Below are positions 8,967 to 19,771 of a DNA stretch of 64,000 nt, piece by piece. The stretch spans positions 147,426-211,425 of the forward strand of contig CAWDSQ010000026.1 of assembly GCA_963804955.1 (NCBI GenBank), read 5' to 3'. The position numbers and the translations under genes were made by a program. The stretch's first letter is position 1. Each line of letters begins with the position of its first letter. The notes under the pieces were generated by a model. The model saw nothing but the letters and a program-made list of their open reading frames with translations. It was not told where the DNA came from and searched no databases. This DNA comes from an uncultured delta proteobacterium. GTDB taxonomy: Bacteria; Desulfobacterota; WTBG01; CAIYCZ01; CAIRTM01.

Positions 8967-10865
8967 TCACATGTCCTTGAATACCAGTTTCAGTTCATAT
9001 ACGCCTTCACTTCTGCGTTTTTCTATGTCAAATCCGCCATTTTCAAACAGCCGCATCATGGGCTTATTCTCCACGAGAACCTCAGCGGTGAAACCGAGCA
9101 GGCCCTGGCGCTTTGCAAGATAGGTGACATAGGCCAGCAGCTCCGTGCCGATGCCCTTGGCCTGATACTGGTCGCGCACCACGACGGCGACTTCCGCCGT
9201 ATGGGAGTTTGGATCAATACCATACTGGGCAATGCCAACGATCTCTTCGGATTCGGCTTCCCCGACAACCGCAAGAATAATCAATTCCTGGGTATAGTCG
9301 ATAACGACAAAATCCTGAAGCCGCTCATGGGGCATATCCTGCCGCTTGGAAATAAACCGGCGGTACAGGCTGCGGTCGGAAAGCGAGTAGTAAAAATCCT
9401 TCACCATGGGCTCATCGCTTATTTTGACCGGGCGTAAAAGCACGGTAAATCCCGAGGGCGTGGTCCGCCAGGTTTCCAGGCTCTCGGGATATTCACCGCG
9501 CTTGCCGGGTATAAACGCCTGATCCTTGTAAATAAGGCCCAGGCGCTTTGCCTCTTCAATAAGCCACGGCCTGAACTTGGGGTGCGCGATGCCGATAAGG
9601 TCCATGGCGCGCTCCCGGATATTCTTGCCGTGGAGATAGGCGATGCCGTATTCGGTTATGACATAGTGAACGTCGCCGCGTGTCAGCGACGTTCCGGACC
9701 CCTCCTCAAGAAGCGGCACTATGCGGGAATGCAGACCATCGTTGGATGTGGAGCGAAGAGTGAGGATGGTTTTACCGTTGGGGGAGAGAGCTGTACCGCG
9801 CATAAAGTCTGCATGCCCGCCTATGCCGCTGTAAAAATATTTTCCTATTGCTTCGGAGGAGGACTGCCCGGTCAAATCTATCTGCAGGGCCGAGTTGATG
9901 GCCACCATGTTGTCGAAGGTCGCAATCGTGAGCGGGTTATTGGTCACGTCGATCGTTCTGAATTCGATCTCGGGATTGTCATGAATATAGTCATAGGTCT
10001 CTTTTGTGCCCATGCAGAATGAAGCAACGGTCTTGCCCTTGCCGAACTTCTTCTGCGAATTGTCGACGACGCCCGCCTTCATGAGCTCGACGATGCCGTC
10101 GGAAATAAGCTCGGTGTGAACGCCAAGATGCTTCTTGCCGCTCAGGCTTGCAATAATCGCATTGGGCATGGCGCCGTAGCCGACCTGTATGGTGTCGCCG
10201 TCCTGGACGATGCGCGAGACATACTCTCCTATTTTTTGGGCAATATCATCAGAAACGCTTGGCTTGAACTCAAGCAGCGGCTCGTCATACGGCACGATGT
10301 AGTCGATGTCGGATACGTGGATAAAGGTATCCCCATGCGTCCGGGGCATGAATGAATTTGACTGGGCAATGACCAGAGATGCCCGCTCGACAGCCGCCTT
10401 GACGATATCAACGCTGATACCCAGGCTCACATAACCATGCTTGTCGGGAAGGGATGTCTGGATGAGGGCGATATCAAACTTTACAATGCCGCTTGCTATC
10501 AGTGCCGGAACCTCGGAAAAGAATACAGGGGTATAATCGGCAAGCCCTTTGTTGACGGCATCGCGGGAATTATTTCCGACGAAAAAAGAATTGAGCCTGA
10601 AATTGCGCTTGAATTTTTCATGGGCATAGGGCGCAACGCCCATGGTCCAGACATGAAAGACCTCGGTGTCGAAAAAAGCCTTGGGATTTTTGTCGACATA
10701 ATCGGAAAGCGCCTGCACCAGGTACTGCGGCTCGCCGCAGGCCGTTCCGATAAATATCCGGTGGCCCCGGTGAATATGCTTAAAAATGTCATTGAGAGAA
10801 GCGAACTTGTCGGTATATGACTTCTTCAGCTCATCAAAGTATGGTCGTTTGTTTTCAGAAAACAT
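8967..10865 (-). CDS. acetyl-CoA hydrolase/CoA-transferase fused to C-terminal GNAT acetyltransferase
   Basis: GVHTE, INSALQIDLTGQ, SGIGGHADF, VITEYG; C-terminal SLYRRF...AEVAVVVRDQYQAKGIGT...VLVENKPM; start moved to ATG after GAGG. Confidence 0.92.
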   Translation of the reverse strand: MFSENKRPYFDELKKSYTDKFASLNDIFKHIHRGHRIFIGTACGEPQYLVQALSDYVDKNPKAFFDTEVFHVWTMGVAPYAHEKFKRNFRLNSFFVGNNSRDAVNKGLADYTPVFFSEVPALIASGIVKFDIALIQTSLPDKHGYVSLGISVDIVKAAVERASLVIAQSNSFMPRTHGDTFIHVSDIDYIVPYDEPLLEFKPSVSDDIAQKIGEYVSRIVQDGDTIQVGYGAMPNAIIASLSGKKHLGVHTELISDGIVELMKAGVVDNSQKKFGKGKTVASFCMGTKETYDYIHDNPEIEFRTIDVTNNPLTIATFDNMVAINSALQIDLTGQSSSEAIGKYFYSGIGGHADFMRGTALSPNGKTILTLRSTSNDGLHSRIVPLLEEGSGTSLTRGDVHYVITEYGIAYLHGKNIRERAMDLIGIAHPKFRPWLIEEAKRLGLIYKDQAFIPGKRGEYPESLETWRTTPSGFTVLLRPVKISDEPMVKDFYYSLSDRSLYRRFISKRQDMPHERLQDFVVIDYTQELIILAVVGEAESEEIVGIAQYGIDPNSHTAEVAVVVRDQYQAKGIGTELLAYVTYLAKRQGLLGFTAEVLVENKPMMRLFENGGFDIEKRRSEGVYELKLVFKDM

Positions 10866-10903
10866 AATGACCTCGTCTGTAAAAACGCTCAGCATTTTTT
10901 CCG

Positions 10904-11332
10904 TCAGTCCGCACTGCTGGTGTGCGCAGGGGCATGTACTTCAAGCAGCCTCTGCAGGGACTCTTCAATATCTTTCGTAGTAAAAGGCTTTTCAATGAAA
11001 TCATCGATGCCGATGCCCCCGGCCCGTATCGCCACCTCGTCGTTTGCATATGCTGTAATGAAAATCCGCAGCGCTTCGGGCTGCAGCTCGTACAGCCGGA
11101 AAAAAAAATCAAGGCCGTTCATGCGGGGCAGCTTGTAGTCGCAGATAATAACGTCAAAGGTTTCGTTTTTTAAGAGCTCAAGCGCTTCCTCTGCGCTTTC
11201 CAGCGTTACAAAAGCCAGCGTTTTCTTTTTAAAATAATACTCCAGAGAACTGCGGATATACTGGTCATCGTCAATCAGAAGAATTTTGGTATTTTTCAAA
11301 AGCTCGCTGAATTCCGGGTTCTGTGCTTCCAT
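10904..11332 (-). CDS. single-domain response regulator
   Basis: LLIDDD, IICDYKLP, FITAY, IEKP. Confidence 0.9.
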   Translation of the reverse strand: MEAQNPEFSELLKNTKILLIDDDQYIRSSLEYYFKKKTLAFVTLESAEEALELLKNETFDVIICDYKLPRMNGLDFFFRLYELQPEALRIFITAYANDEVAIRAGGIGIDDFIEKPFTTKDIEESLQRLLEVHAPAHTSSAD

Positions 11333-11381
11333 ATGCCTCGTGCCCCCATATCGCGTTTATTACTCTTGCACTTATTACTGT

Positions 11382-11398
11382 AGCATAAAAGATGCCAT
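11382..11398 (-). promoter_or_regulatory. sigma54 -24/-12 promoter of the acyl-CoA operon
   Basis: reverse complement reads aTGGCATCTTTTATGCT (GG-N10-GC), about 50 nt before the first gene; NtrC-type gene upstream. Confidence 0.75.
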
Positions 11399-11479
11399 CT
11401 TTATGATTAATCAATCCTGTTGAAAATCAGGGGCTTGGAAGTTCCGGCTCACGGTCAACGCCGCAAAACTCTTTCAAGG

Positions 11480-11515
11480 TGGCCAAATAGCAAAAAACGG
11501 CTGGCTGAATAACCA
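11480..11515. promoter_or_regulatory. putative tandem activator-binding boxes
   Basis: tggccaaatagcaa (11480) and tggctgaataacca (11502), 22-bp period, 85-120 bp upstream of the -24 element. Confidence 0.45.
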
Positions 11516-11559
11516 TGCCGGTGCAGGGTAAAAGATTCAACAGGCAAGGCTGCAGGGCA

Positions 11560-11688
11560 GTAGGGTGCGCCGTGCGCACCATTGTCGGTTCTGGCGCGGG
11601 TTGTGGTGTTGATATGCCAACAGGGCGTAAAATCTGGCGGTTGATGTGATTTTGCAATTTGATTATCAGTGCGCACCGCGCACCCTGC
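11560..11688. repeat. inverted pair of GTAG-type REP sequences (REPIN-like)
   Basis: gtagggtgcgccgtgcgcacc (11560-11580) and inverted gtgcgcaccgcgcaccctgc (11669-11688). Confidence 0.7.
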
Positions 11689-11759
11689 CAACTGTGCGAA
11701 ACAACACTTTATATATCGGAGCACCTACGGCATTTAATAGAGCAGGAAAAGAAAGTTGG

Positions 11760-12092
11760 TTATTGAATGGCTTTTTCGCAAGAAGTTTTGAGAGCAGCAA
11801 GCTTTGTCTGAACTACATCCCACACAATCTGCCTGTTTATGCCGAAATACTCATGCGTCAAGATATTTCTCAGCGCAACGATCTTATTCCACTGAATGTC
11901 CGGCATGGAATTTTTCACATCAATAGGCAAATGGCGGGCAGCCTCACCGATGATCTCGAGATTGCGGACAACCGCGTCAACGGTTTTTTGATCCTCCGAG
12001 AAGGAATCAAAATTCATTCCGGCGACATACGTAAAAATCCTGTTTATTGATTCAAGGATATCATCAAGATACAGCTTGCTATCTCTAGGCAT
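11760..12092 (-). CDS. HepT-like (DUF86) HEPN ribonuclease toxin
   Basis: DAVVRNLEIIGEA, RNILTHEYFG (RxxxxH). Confidence 0.92.
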   Translation of the reverse strand: MPRDSKLYLDDILESINRIFTYVAGMNFDSFSEDQKTVDAVVRNLEIIGEAARHLPIDVKNSMPDIQWNKIVALRNILTHEYFGINRQIVWDVVQTKLAALKTSCEKAIQ

Positions 12093-12375
12093 AGATGACC
12101 TCACTGGTCACATAGGGAATGAGCCTGGGCTTGAGGGCATCGGAGAGCACAAGATCAACAGGAGATTCAAAAAGCTCTTCAAGGTAAAATTTTAAGTCCA
12201 TGTAGTTGTCAAAGGTGGGATGAGACAAATCGACAAGCAGATCAATGTCGCTTTCAGGCAACGCCGCATTTCGGGCATAAGAACCGAACAGTCCAATTTT
12301 AGTAACCGAAAACCTGCTTTTCAGTTCCGCCCTGCGCTCGCCCAAAATTTTTATTATCTTTTCTTTGCTGCTCAT
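12085..12375 (-). CDS. MntA-like minimal nucleotidyltransferase antitoxin
   Basis: LFGSYAR...SDIDLLV...VDLV; overlaps the HEPN gene. Confidence 0.92.
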   Translation of the reverse strand: MSSKEKIIKILGERRAELKSRFSVTKIGLFGSYARNAALPESDIDLLVDLSHPTFDNYMDLKFYLEELFESPVDLVLSDALKPRLIPYVTSEVIYA

Positions 12376-12543
12376 AAAACCGCCCCCAAGGCAAACTTAA
12401 TAAAGTATAGTCATGATGAGATGTATGTGTCAACACAAACAAATCCTCTGCATCTGCCGAAACAAAATCTGATACGCAACTTTGTGACCACCCGGCATAT
12501 ATCCTGCCGAGCACATGCAGGATGGTCTGTGCAACCCTGCGGC

Positions 12544-13929
12544 TCAGGCAAGGTCTTTCAGCTTCTTGCGCTTGTAGCGGTAGGCATAGTATGTCATGCC
12601 GAGCAGCTGCGCGGCTTTCATCTCATTGCCTCCGGCTTTGCGGTAGGCCTCGCGGATGTACTGTTCCTCAAGAGCCTCGAGATCGATGCCTTCATCTGGC
12701 AGTATAGTGAACGGGCCACCTGCCGGTATCTTTTGCTGCAGGGTAGTACGCTGATTGGGCTGCATGCCCATATCAGCCAGTTCAAGCAGGGGACCTGCGC
12801 CCACCAGCACCCCCCGCTCAATGATGTTTCTGAGCTCCCGCACATTGCCTTTATACGTGCAGCCCATCAGAAACTCTTCAGCCTCGGGGGTAATGCCGGT
12901 GAATCGCCTACCATGCCTTGCAGCGAATTCCGCAAGAAAATAGCGGGCAATGGGCAGTATATCATCGCGGCGCTGATCAAGCGAGGGCAGCTCTACTTTG
13001 ATGACGGCCAGACGGTAATACAGATCCTCGCGAAACTGTTCCTGGCTGATCATTTTTTCAAGATCGCGATTCGTAGCGGATACGACCCGCGTTTTCACCG
13101 TCAGCATCTGCGAGCTGCCGACGCGGTAATACTCGCCGTCCTGCAGAAACCGCAGCAGTTTTGCCTGCGCGCCCGGGCTCAGATCGCCGATTTCATCAAG
13201 AAAAAGCGTGCCCTCTGCAGCCTCCTCTATCAGCCCCTTCTTGCCGCCGGGCATCGCGCCGCTGAAAGCGCCCTTTTCATAGCCGAACAGCTCGCTTTCG
13301 ATCAGCTCCCTGGGTATTGCCGCGCAGTTGATGGCGATAAAAGGGCCGCCGAAATTGGGGCTTTTGTAGTGTATCGCCTTGGCTATCAGCTCCTTGCCCG
13401 TACCGGTCCGGCCGAGGATAATAATGGGCGTGTCGGCGCTGCGGGCCACTTTTTCGACAAAGCCCATGACATCCTGAATGACATTGCTCTCGCCGATGAA
13501 GCAGGGTACGTTCTCACGAAGGAACTGCTCCTGCAGCGCCTGAATCTCCTTGCGCATGCGGATTGATTCAAGGGCATTGCCGATGCTGACCCTGAGCGTG
13601 TCAAGCTGCAGCGGCTTGACCACATAGTCGTAGGCGCCGTATTTCATGGCGGCAATCACCGTATCGATGCCGTCAAATGCGGTAATCATGATGACCAGCG
13701 CATCAGGGTGCAGCTTTTTTATCTCCTGCAGGGCAGCAAGGCCGCTCATGCCCGGAAGCCCTATATCCAGGAGCACCAGATCGGGCCTGTCCTGCGTGAT
13801 CTCGCGCAGGGCATCCTCAGCGCTGGAAAAAGCCCGTATCTGATACAGTTTTTTCAAGCCGGCGACAACTGAGGCCCGGATGCTCTGCTCGTCGTCGATT
13901 ATATAGAGAGAAAATGTAACGGCGCTCAT
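12544..13929 (-). CDS. sigma54-dependent response regulator (NtrC family)
   Basis: REC (LLDIGLP), GRTGTGKE, GAFSGA, FLDEIGD, GNVRELRN, C-terminal HTH. Confidence 0.95.
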   Translation of the reverse strand: MSAVTFSLYIIDDEQSIRASVVAGLKKLYQIRAFSSAEDALREITQDRPDLVLLDIGLPGMSGLAALQEIKKLHPDALVIMITAFDGIDTVIAAMKYGAYDYVVKPLQLDTLRVSIGNALESIRMRKEIQALQEQFLRENVPCFIGESNVIQDVMGFVEKVARSADTPIIILGRTGTGKELIAKAIHYKSPNFGGPFIAINCAAIPRELIESELFGYEKGAFSGAMPGGKKGLIEEAAEGTLFLDEIGDLSPGAQAKLLRFLQDGEYYRVGSSQMLTVKTRVVSATNRDLEKMISQEQFREDLYYRLAVIKVELPSLDQRRDDILPIARYFLAEFAARHGRRFTGITPEAEEFLMGCTYKGNVRELRNIIERGVLVGAGPLLELADMGMQPNQRTTLQQKIPAGGPFTILPDEGIDLEALEEQYIREAYRKAGGNEMKAAQLLGMTYYAYRYKRKKLKDLA

Positions 13930-16103
13930 GTCGATGCTCCCGATGGCGATGCTCCTGATGGCAGGCGGATCTCAAACAGCGCCCCGCCCCATACCGACCT
14001 GCCCGCTGTTATGCGGCCCCGGTGATCCGCCACAATACGGCGCACAATGGAGAGGCCGATGCCTGAACCGTCCTTCTTGGTCGTGTAAAAAGGGTCGAAA
14101 ATTTTATCGTACTGCTCCGGCGGTATGCCGCCGCCCGAATCGCTGAACTGCACCACAACGGACTGCTCTTCGGCAAAAGTCCTGATGGCAATGCGGCGCT
14201 CGCCCTGAGCGCTTTTAAGAGCCTCCGCGGCATTGGTTATCAGATTAAGCAGCACCTGCTCCATTTGCTGCACATCGATATGCACGGGCTGCAGGTTTTC
14301 TGCAAGGTCTGTTTCAACTGCAATATCGGACTTGCGAAGCATAACCATGGTGAGCTTCAGCGCATCCTGTATCGGCCCGTTGATGCCGGCCATATCAAAG
14401 CGCGGTGTGCCGGGCCGGGCAAAGTCGAGCACGCCCTTCACGACCGATTCAATTTTCCCTGCGGCTGCCTGGGCCTGACTGATCAAAGAGCGAATATCGT
14501 CGGAGCTTTCAGCATCCTGAAAATTTTCGCGGATCGAGTCAAGAAAAATATTGATGCCCGACAGCGGATTGCGTATCTCGTGGGCAATGCCTGCTGCAAC
14601 ATGCCCCAGGGAAATCATCTTGTCCTTTATGCCGAGCATGTACTCGAGCTCTTTTGCCCGCGTGACATCCATCATGTTGACAAGCACGGCGCGGCGTCCC
14701 AGATAGTCTATGGCAGTTGCCCGGCAATATGCCCATCGCACCGGAGCATACCCGCCGTCGCCGCCCATGGAATAAAACCGGTAGTCGATGTCCATGCGGT
14801 TGAGCTCTCCTGAAAGAATGCGCTCATAAAACTGCTGCACCTTGGGCACATCTTCCGGATAGACTTTTTCATAATTACCGATCCTGAAATCAGGCGATAG
14901 AGGCCCGAACAGGCGCTCCTGCTCGGGATTATGATAGACGATTTTGCTGTCCTGCAGAATGTAAATGCCGACAAGCGAATTCTCGACGAGGCTTTTAAAC
15001 CGCTCCTCGCTTTCTGCCCGCACACGCAATGCCCGCTTATGCTCGGTCATGTCAAGAAACGAAGCCACGCACAGCCTGGTCTCGGGAACGACCGCTATCG
15101 TCATAAAAATATCCTTGATGCTGCCTGCTCTGTCAACAAAGCGGAACTCATAGTTGCGGGGCGCCGACGACGGGTTGAAAATCCGGGCATAATGATAGCC
15201 CTCCATCCATTCATAGTCGTCAGCATGCACGAAATCATGCAGAGCCTTTTTTCCCTCAATCCCGGTCTTGGCAAAGCCGGAGAGCTCTTCAAACATGCTG
15301 TTCACCAGGGAAATGGTCATATCCTCGGCGATGATGCAGGTTGCGGTTCCCGTGTTTTCAAATATAGTGCGGTAGCGCTCCTCAGACTGCTGCAGAGCCT
15401 GCTCGGCCCTGCGCCTGAACACTTCGCTGCGATAGGCCTGCATGATAGCGCTGGTGAGCAGCAGCACAATAACGATCAGTATGCCCAGCGAGACTTTAAT
15501 GATCCTGTCGGCCAGAAGCGCATTTTCTTCTTTGAGATCTTCAATATAAATGCCCGTTCCCAGAACCCAGCCCCAGGCGGGAAATCCCTTCACATACGAA
15601 AGCTTTGTTGCGATGCGGCCGGGGTCATCGGGCATCTGCCAGCGATACTGCACATACCCGGATCCCTGCTTCTGCACAATATCAACAACTTCCCGAAAGA
15701 CCGGCTTCCCGTCGGCATCCTTAAAGCCGGACACATCCCTGCCGATTAAGTCCGCACGGTCCGGATGCAGGATCATGCGCGGCTGCATGTCGTTGATCCA
15801 GAAATAGTCTTTCATCTGCTGGCCATACTGCAGAGTCCGGATCTGTTCAATGGCCAGACGCTGGGCCTCCTCCCGGGGCAAAAGCCCCCGCTGCTCATCA
15901 TTTTCAAAACGCGCAATGATAGTGCCCGCAGAATTGGCCAGTTCCCGGATCATCTCCTTTTTATGGTCCAGGCTGTTGCGCTCGATAACCGGTACAACAA
16001 ACAGAAAAATCCCGGAAAGAAAAAGCATGACGGTAAGCGCGGTAGGCAGAATGATGCGCACCATGAAAAGGCGCCACTGAACTGTCGGGGTTCGTGCAGG
16101 CAT
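13926..16103 (-). CDS. membrane sensor histidine kinase (single Cache + 2 PAS + HisKA/HATPase)
   Basis: two TM helices around YFWIND...HP...KLSY Cache domain; AHEIRNPL; NLITNA, DSGGG, FYTTK, GIGL. Confidence 0.95.
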   Translation of the reverse strand: MPARTPTVQWRLFMVRIILPTALTVMLFLSGIFLFVVPVIERNSLDHKKEMIRELANSAGTIIARFENDEQRGLLPREEAQRLAIEQIRTLQYGQQMKDYFWINDMQPRMILHPDRADLIGRDVSGFKDADGKPVFREVVDIVQKQGSGYVQYRWQMPDDPGRIATKLSYVKGFPAWGWVLGTGIYIEDLKEENALLADRIIKVSLGILIVIVLLLTSAIMQAYRSEVFRRRAEQALQQSEERYRTIFENTGTATCIIAEDMTISLVNSMFEELSGFAKTGIEGKKALHDFVHADDYEWMEGYHYARIFNPSSAPRNYEFRFVDRAGSIKDIFMTIAVVPETRLCVASFLDMTEHKRALRVRAESEERFKSLVENSLVGIYILQDSKIVYHNPEQERLFGPLSPDFRIGNYEKVYPEDVPKVQQFYERILSGELNRMDIDYRFYSMGGDGGYAPVRWAYCRATAIDYLGRRAVLVNMMDVTRAKELEYMLGIKDKMISLGHVAAGIAHEIRNPLSGINIFLDSIRENFQDAESSDDIRSLISQAQAAAGKIESVVKGVLDFARPGTPRFDMAGINGPIQDALKLTMVMLRKSDIAVETDLAENLQPVHIDVQQMEQVLLNLITNAAEALKSAQGERRIAIRTFAEEQSVVVQFSDSGGGIPPEQYDKIFDPFYTTKKDGSGIGLSIVRRIVADHRGRITAGRSVWGGALFEIRLPSGASPSGAST

Positions 16104-16264
16104 AACCTTTTTGCAAGGATAAAGTAAGCCGGTTAGAATATTTTGATGTGTCTCTAATAGCTAGATATATAAGCAGGGACGCGGAGTGTCAACGCAAATA
16201 TAGCGATAGAGAGAACTCGCGCAGTGTTTCTCTCTATGCAGCATGCAGCGCATACCTAGAGAAA

Positions 16265-16918
16265 TCAAGACTCCTGAGATACCCCTTTGCCGCGCTGCCG
16301 CAGGTATTCGATAACGCCGGGCAGGATGGAAATGACAACGATGGCCATGACAACCAGAGAAAAATTCTTCCTCACGACCGGGATATTGCCGAAGAAATAG
16401 CCTGCCAGGGTCAGTGAAAAAATCCACAGCACCCCGCCGATGACATTATAGGCGAGAAACTTGCGGTAGGTCATGCTGCCGATGCCGGCAACAAACGGGG
16501 CAAACGTGCGGATAATCGGAACGAAACGGGCGATAATGATCGTTTTTCCGCCGTACTTTTCATAAAACTGATGCGTGCGCTCCAGATGTTTCTTTTTAAA
16601 AAAACGCGAGTCTTCATAATGAAAAACTTTTGGGCCGAGATAATTTCCTATCCAGTAGTTGAGCGTATCGCCGCCGATGGCAGCAACGGTCATAATAATC
16701 AGCACAAGCGTCAGGTCAAAGGAACCGATAGCCGCAAACGTTCCTACGGTAAACAGGAGCGAGTCTCCCGGCAGCACCGGTGTCACCACAAGGCCGGTCT
16801 CGCAGAAAATAATAAGAAAAAGAATGACGTATGACCACAGACCCATGGTTTGAATCATGATGTCGATATACTTGTCAAGATGCAGCAGAATATCCATGCC
16901 TTTCAGCAGCAGTTCCAT
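16265..16918 (-). CDS. dedA: DedA family membrane protein
   Basis: [30 protein letters not shown]. Confidence 0.95.
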   Translation of the reverse strand: MELLLKGMDILLHLDKYIDIMIQTMGLWSYVILFLIIFCETGLVVTPVLPGDSLLFTVGTFAAIGSFDLTLVLIIMTVAAIGGDTLNYWIGNYLGPKVFHYEDSRFFKKKHLERTHQFYEKYGGKTIIIARFVPIIRTFAPFVAGIGSMTYRKFLAYNVIGGVLWIFSLTLAGYFFGNIPVVRKNFSLVVMAIVVISILPGVIEYLRQRGKGVSQES

Positions 16919-17072
16919 GGGTTCTCCATATAAAAGTGTTGTCTTTAGTCGGCGAAGTATAAGTCAAGCGCCCTTCTCTGTCAATCTGAAAGCCTGCGGC
17001 CTTTACTGCGCTGTCATTTTATGGTATGGTGATAAATTGATTTAAAAAATTATTCATTTTCACTTTAAACCA

Positions 17073-18961
17073 ATGCTTATTTACGATAAAAAATATGATG
17101 TCATTGTCGTTGGCGCAGGGCATGCCGGCTATGAAGCCTGCCTGGCCGCTGCAGCCATGGGCTGCTCGACGCTTCTGGTGACTATAAATCTCGACACCAT
17201 CGGGCTCATGTCATGCAATCCGGCCATTGGCGGCCTCGCCAAAGGCCAGCTTGTGAAGGAAATCGACGCCCTTGGCGGCATTATGGGACGCGCTACCGAT
17301 GCCACCGCCATTCAGTTCCGCATGCTCAATACAAAAAAAGGCACTGCCGTGCGCTCTTCCCGCGCCCAGGCAGACCGGCAGCACTACCGGCTCTGGATAA
17401 AGCATGCTTTGGAATCAGCAGAAAATATTACCATCAAGCAGGCAGTCGTTGAAAAAATCATCGTCTCTGACGGCCGCGCAGCCGGCATTGAAACCGCACT
17501 GGGCGAGCGCTTCATGGGCTCTGCCGTTATCATCGCCACCGGCACATTTTTAAACGGCCTTATCCATATCGGCCTTACCCGGTTTCCGGCAGGGCGCCTC
17601 GGTGAGCTGCCCTCTGTGGGCCTTGCCCAAAACCTGCGCGACATGGGGTTTGATGTCGGCAGGCTCAAAACCGGAACCACGCCCCGTCTTGACGCGCGCA
17701 CCATCGACTTTACTGTCATGGAGCGGCAGGACGGCGACACCCCTCCCCGCCCCTTTTCATTCTCGACGCAGCGCATCGAAAAACAGCAGATGCCCTGCCA
17801 TATCACCTACACCAATGAGCGCACGCACGCGATCATCCGCGAGGGCTTTGACCGCTCGCCTCTGTACACCGGCGTCATCCAGGGAACGGGCGCGCGCTAC
17901 TGCCCGTCTATCGAGGATAAAATAAAGCGCTTCCCTGAAAAAGACCGTCACCAGATATTCATCGAGCCCGAGGGCCTGAAACCTGCGAGGTCTACCCGGG
18001 CGGCATCCCCACAAGCCTGCCGCTCGACATACAGATACGCATGGTGCGCAGCATACGGGGCCTGGAAGAGGCCGAGATCATGCGGCCGGGCTATGCCATC
18101 GAATACGATTATGTAAATCCCGTGCAGCTTACGCCCGCCCTTGAAACAAAGCGCATAGCCGGGCTTTTTCTTGCCGGACAGATCAACGGCACATCGGGCT
18201 ATGAAGAGGCCGGCGCTCAGGGACTGATGGCTGGCATCAACGCGGCTCTTCGGGTAAAGGGTGAAAAGCCCTTTATACTCGACCGCTCAGAGGCCTATAT
18301 CGGTGTGCTCATCGACGACCTGGTAACAAAAGGAACACTTGAGCCCTACCGCATGTTTACCTCGCGAGCTGAATACCGCCTGATGCTGCGCGAGGACAAT
18401 GCCGATCTGCGCCTGACTGAAAAAGGCTACAGCATGGGGCTTGTAGGTGAGGCAGACTACAGCCGGTTTTCAGCAAAAAAAGCGTGCATTGCCGGCGAGC
18501 TGCAGCGAATCGAAAATGTGAAAGTTCAGCCGACGCAGGAAATTCAGCAGTGGCTGCACAGCCTCGGCACAAGCCCGCTCAAGGAGGCGGTCATGCTGCG
18601 GGAGCTGCTCAAAAGGCCTGAAATCGACTACCGTGCATGCAGGGCTGTGCAGCTTGTGCCTGCCGGCATAACCGCAGACGTGTACGAGCAGGTCGAAACC
18701 GGGGTAAAGTATGAAGGATACATTGCCCGCCAGATGCTGCTCATTGAAAAATTCAAGCGTCTGGAGGATGCGCGCATACCCGAAGGCCTGTCTTTTGAAA
18801 CAATCCCCGGCCTCACCGCAGAAGTCCGGGAAAAGCTTTCGCGCGTGCGGCCGGCATCTCTTGGCCAGGCATCGCGTATCTCAGGGCTGACGCCTGCGGC
18901 CTTGTCGATTCTTATGATCTCCATAAAAAAATTTCAGGCTGCCTCAGCCGCGGCAGCCTGA
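17073..18961 (+). CDS. mnmG: tRNA U34 carboxymethylaminomethyl enzyme MnmG/GidA, split by one missing base near 17978
   Basis: GAGHAG, MSCNPAIGG, RLKTGT, RYCPSIEDK in ORF1; PGYAIEYD, AGQINGTSGYEEA, YRMFTSRAEYRL in ORF2; one added base restores PEGLxTCEVYP. Confidence 0.95.
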
Positions 18962-18964
18962 CAG

Positions 18965-19771
18965 ATGCGGCATGCCATGGAAAGCCCGGCCGACAGGATC
19001 ACAGCGGAGCTCGTCCTGCCCAACCTGCAGACGAAGGTCGTGGGCAAAACCCTGCACTGTTTTGACAGCATCGACTCGACAAACCGCAGGGCAAAGCAGC
19101 TGGCCGGGAGCGGAGCCCCCGACGGCACGGTAGTTGTTGCCGAGCACCAGACCGGCGGCAGGGGAAGGCTCAACCGCTCATGGGAGGCGCCGCCGCACTC
19201 CTGCATTCTCTGCTCGATCATATTCCGGCCGGAGCTGCAGCCCGAAGATCTTTTCAGGCTTACCATGATGGCATCGGTTGCCGCCGTTGATGCGCTGCAG
19301 ACAGTTGCAGGAATTCACGCCGGCATAAAGTGGCCCAATGACGTGTATGCCGGTGACAAAAAAATCTGCGGCATACTCACGGAGACTGAATGCACCGCGC
19401 AGGCCGTGCAGTATGCCGTTGTCGGCATCGGTATCAATGTCAACTGGAATCTGAAAAGCCACAGTGAGCTTGGCGGCAGCGCCACATCGCTGCGCGATGT
19501 CTGCGGGAGCGACATATCCCGCGTGAGGCTTTTGCAGGAGCTGCTCCGCCGGCTTGATGCGCTGTACGGCAGCATCCATGACGGGGAGGGCCTGCACTCA
19601 CAGTGGCTGCAGCGCTGCATGCATCTTGGCAGGCTCGTGCGCATAGTCTCCGACGAGGAAACCCTTGAAGGTTTTGCGCGCGGCATTACTGAATCGGGGC
19701 ATCTCCTGCTTGAAAGCGCCGGCGGCAGGATGCATGAAATCATGTGCGGCGATGTATCTCTACGGTTATGA
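18965..19771 (+). CDS. birA: biotin--acetyl-CoA-carboxylase ligase (no HTH domain)
   Basis: DSTN, QTGGRGRLNRSW, KWPND, KICGIL, GIGINV. Confidence 0.95.
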   Translation: MRHAMESPADRITAELVLPNLQTKVVGKTLHCFDSIDSTNRRAKQLAGSGAPDGTVVVAEHQTGGRGRLNRSWEAPPHSCILCSIIFRPELQPEDLFRLTMMASVAAVDALQTVAGIHAGIKWPNDVYAGDKKICGILTETECTAQAVQYAVVGIGINVNWNLKSHSELGGSATSLRDVCGSDISRVRLLQELLRRLDALYGSIHDGEGLHSQWLQRCMHLGRLVRIVSDEETLEGFARGITESGHLLLESAGGRMHEIMCGDVSLRL

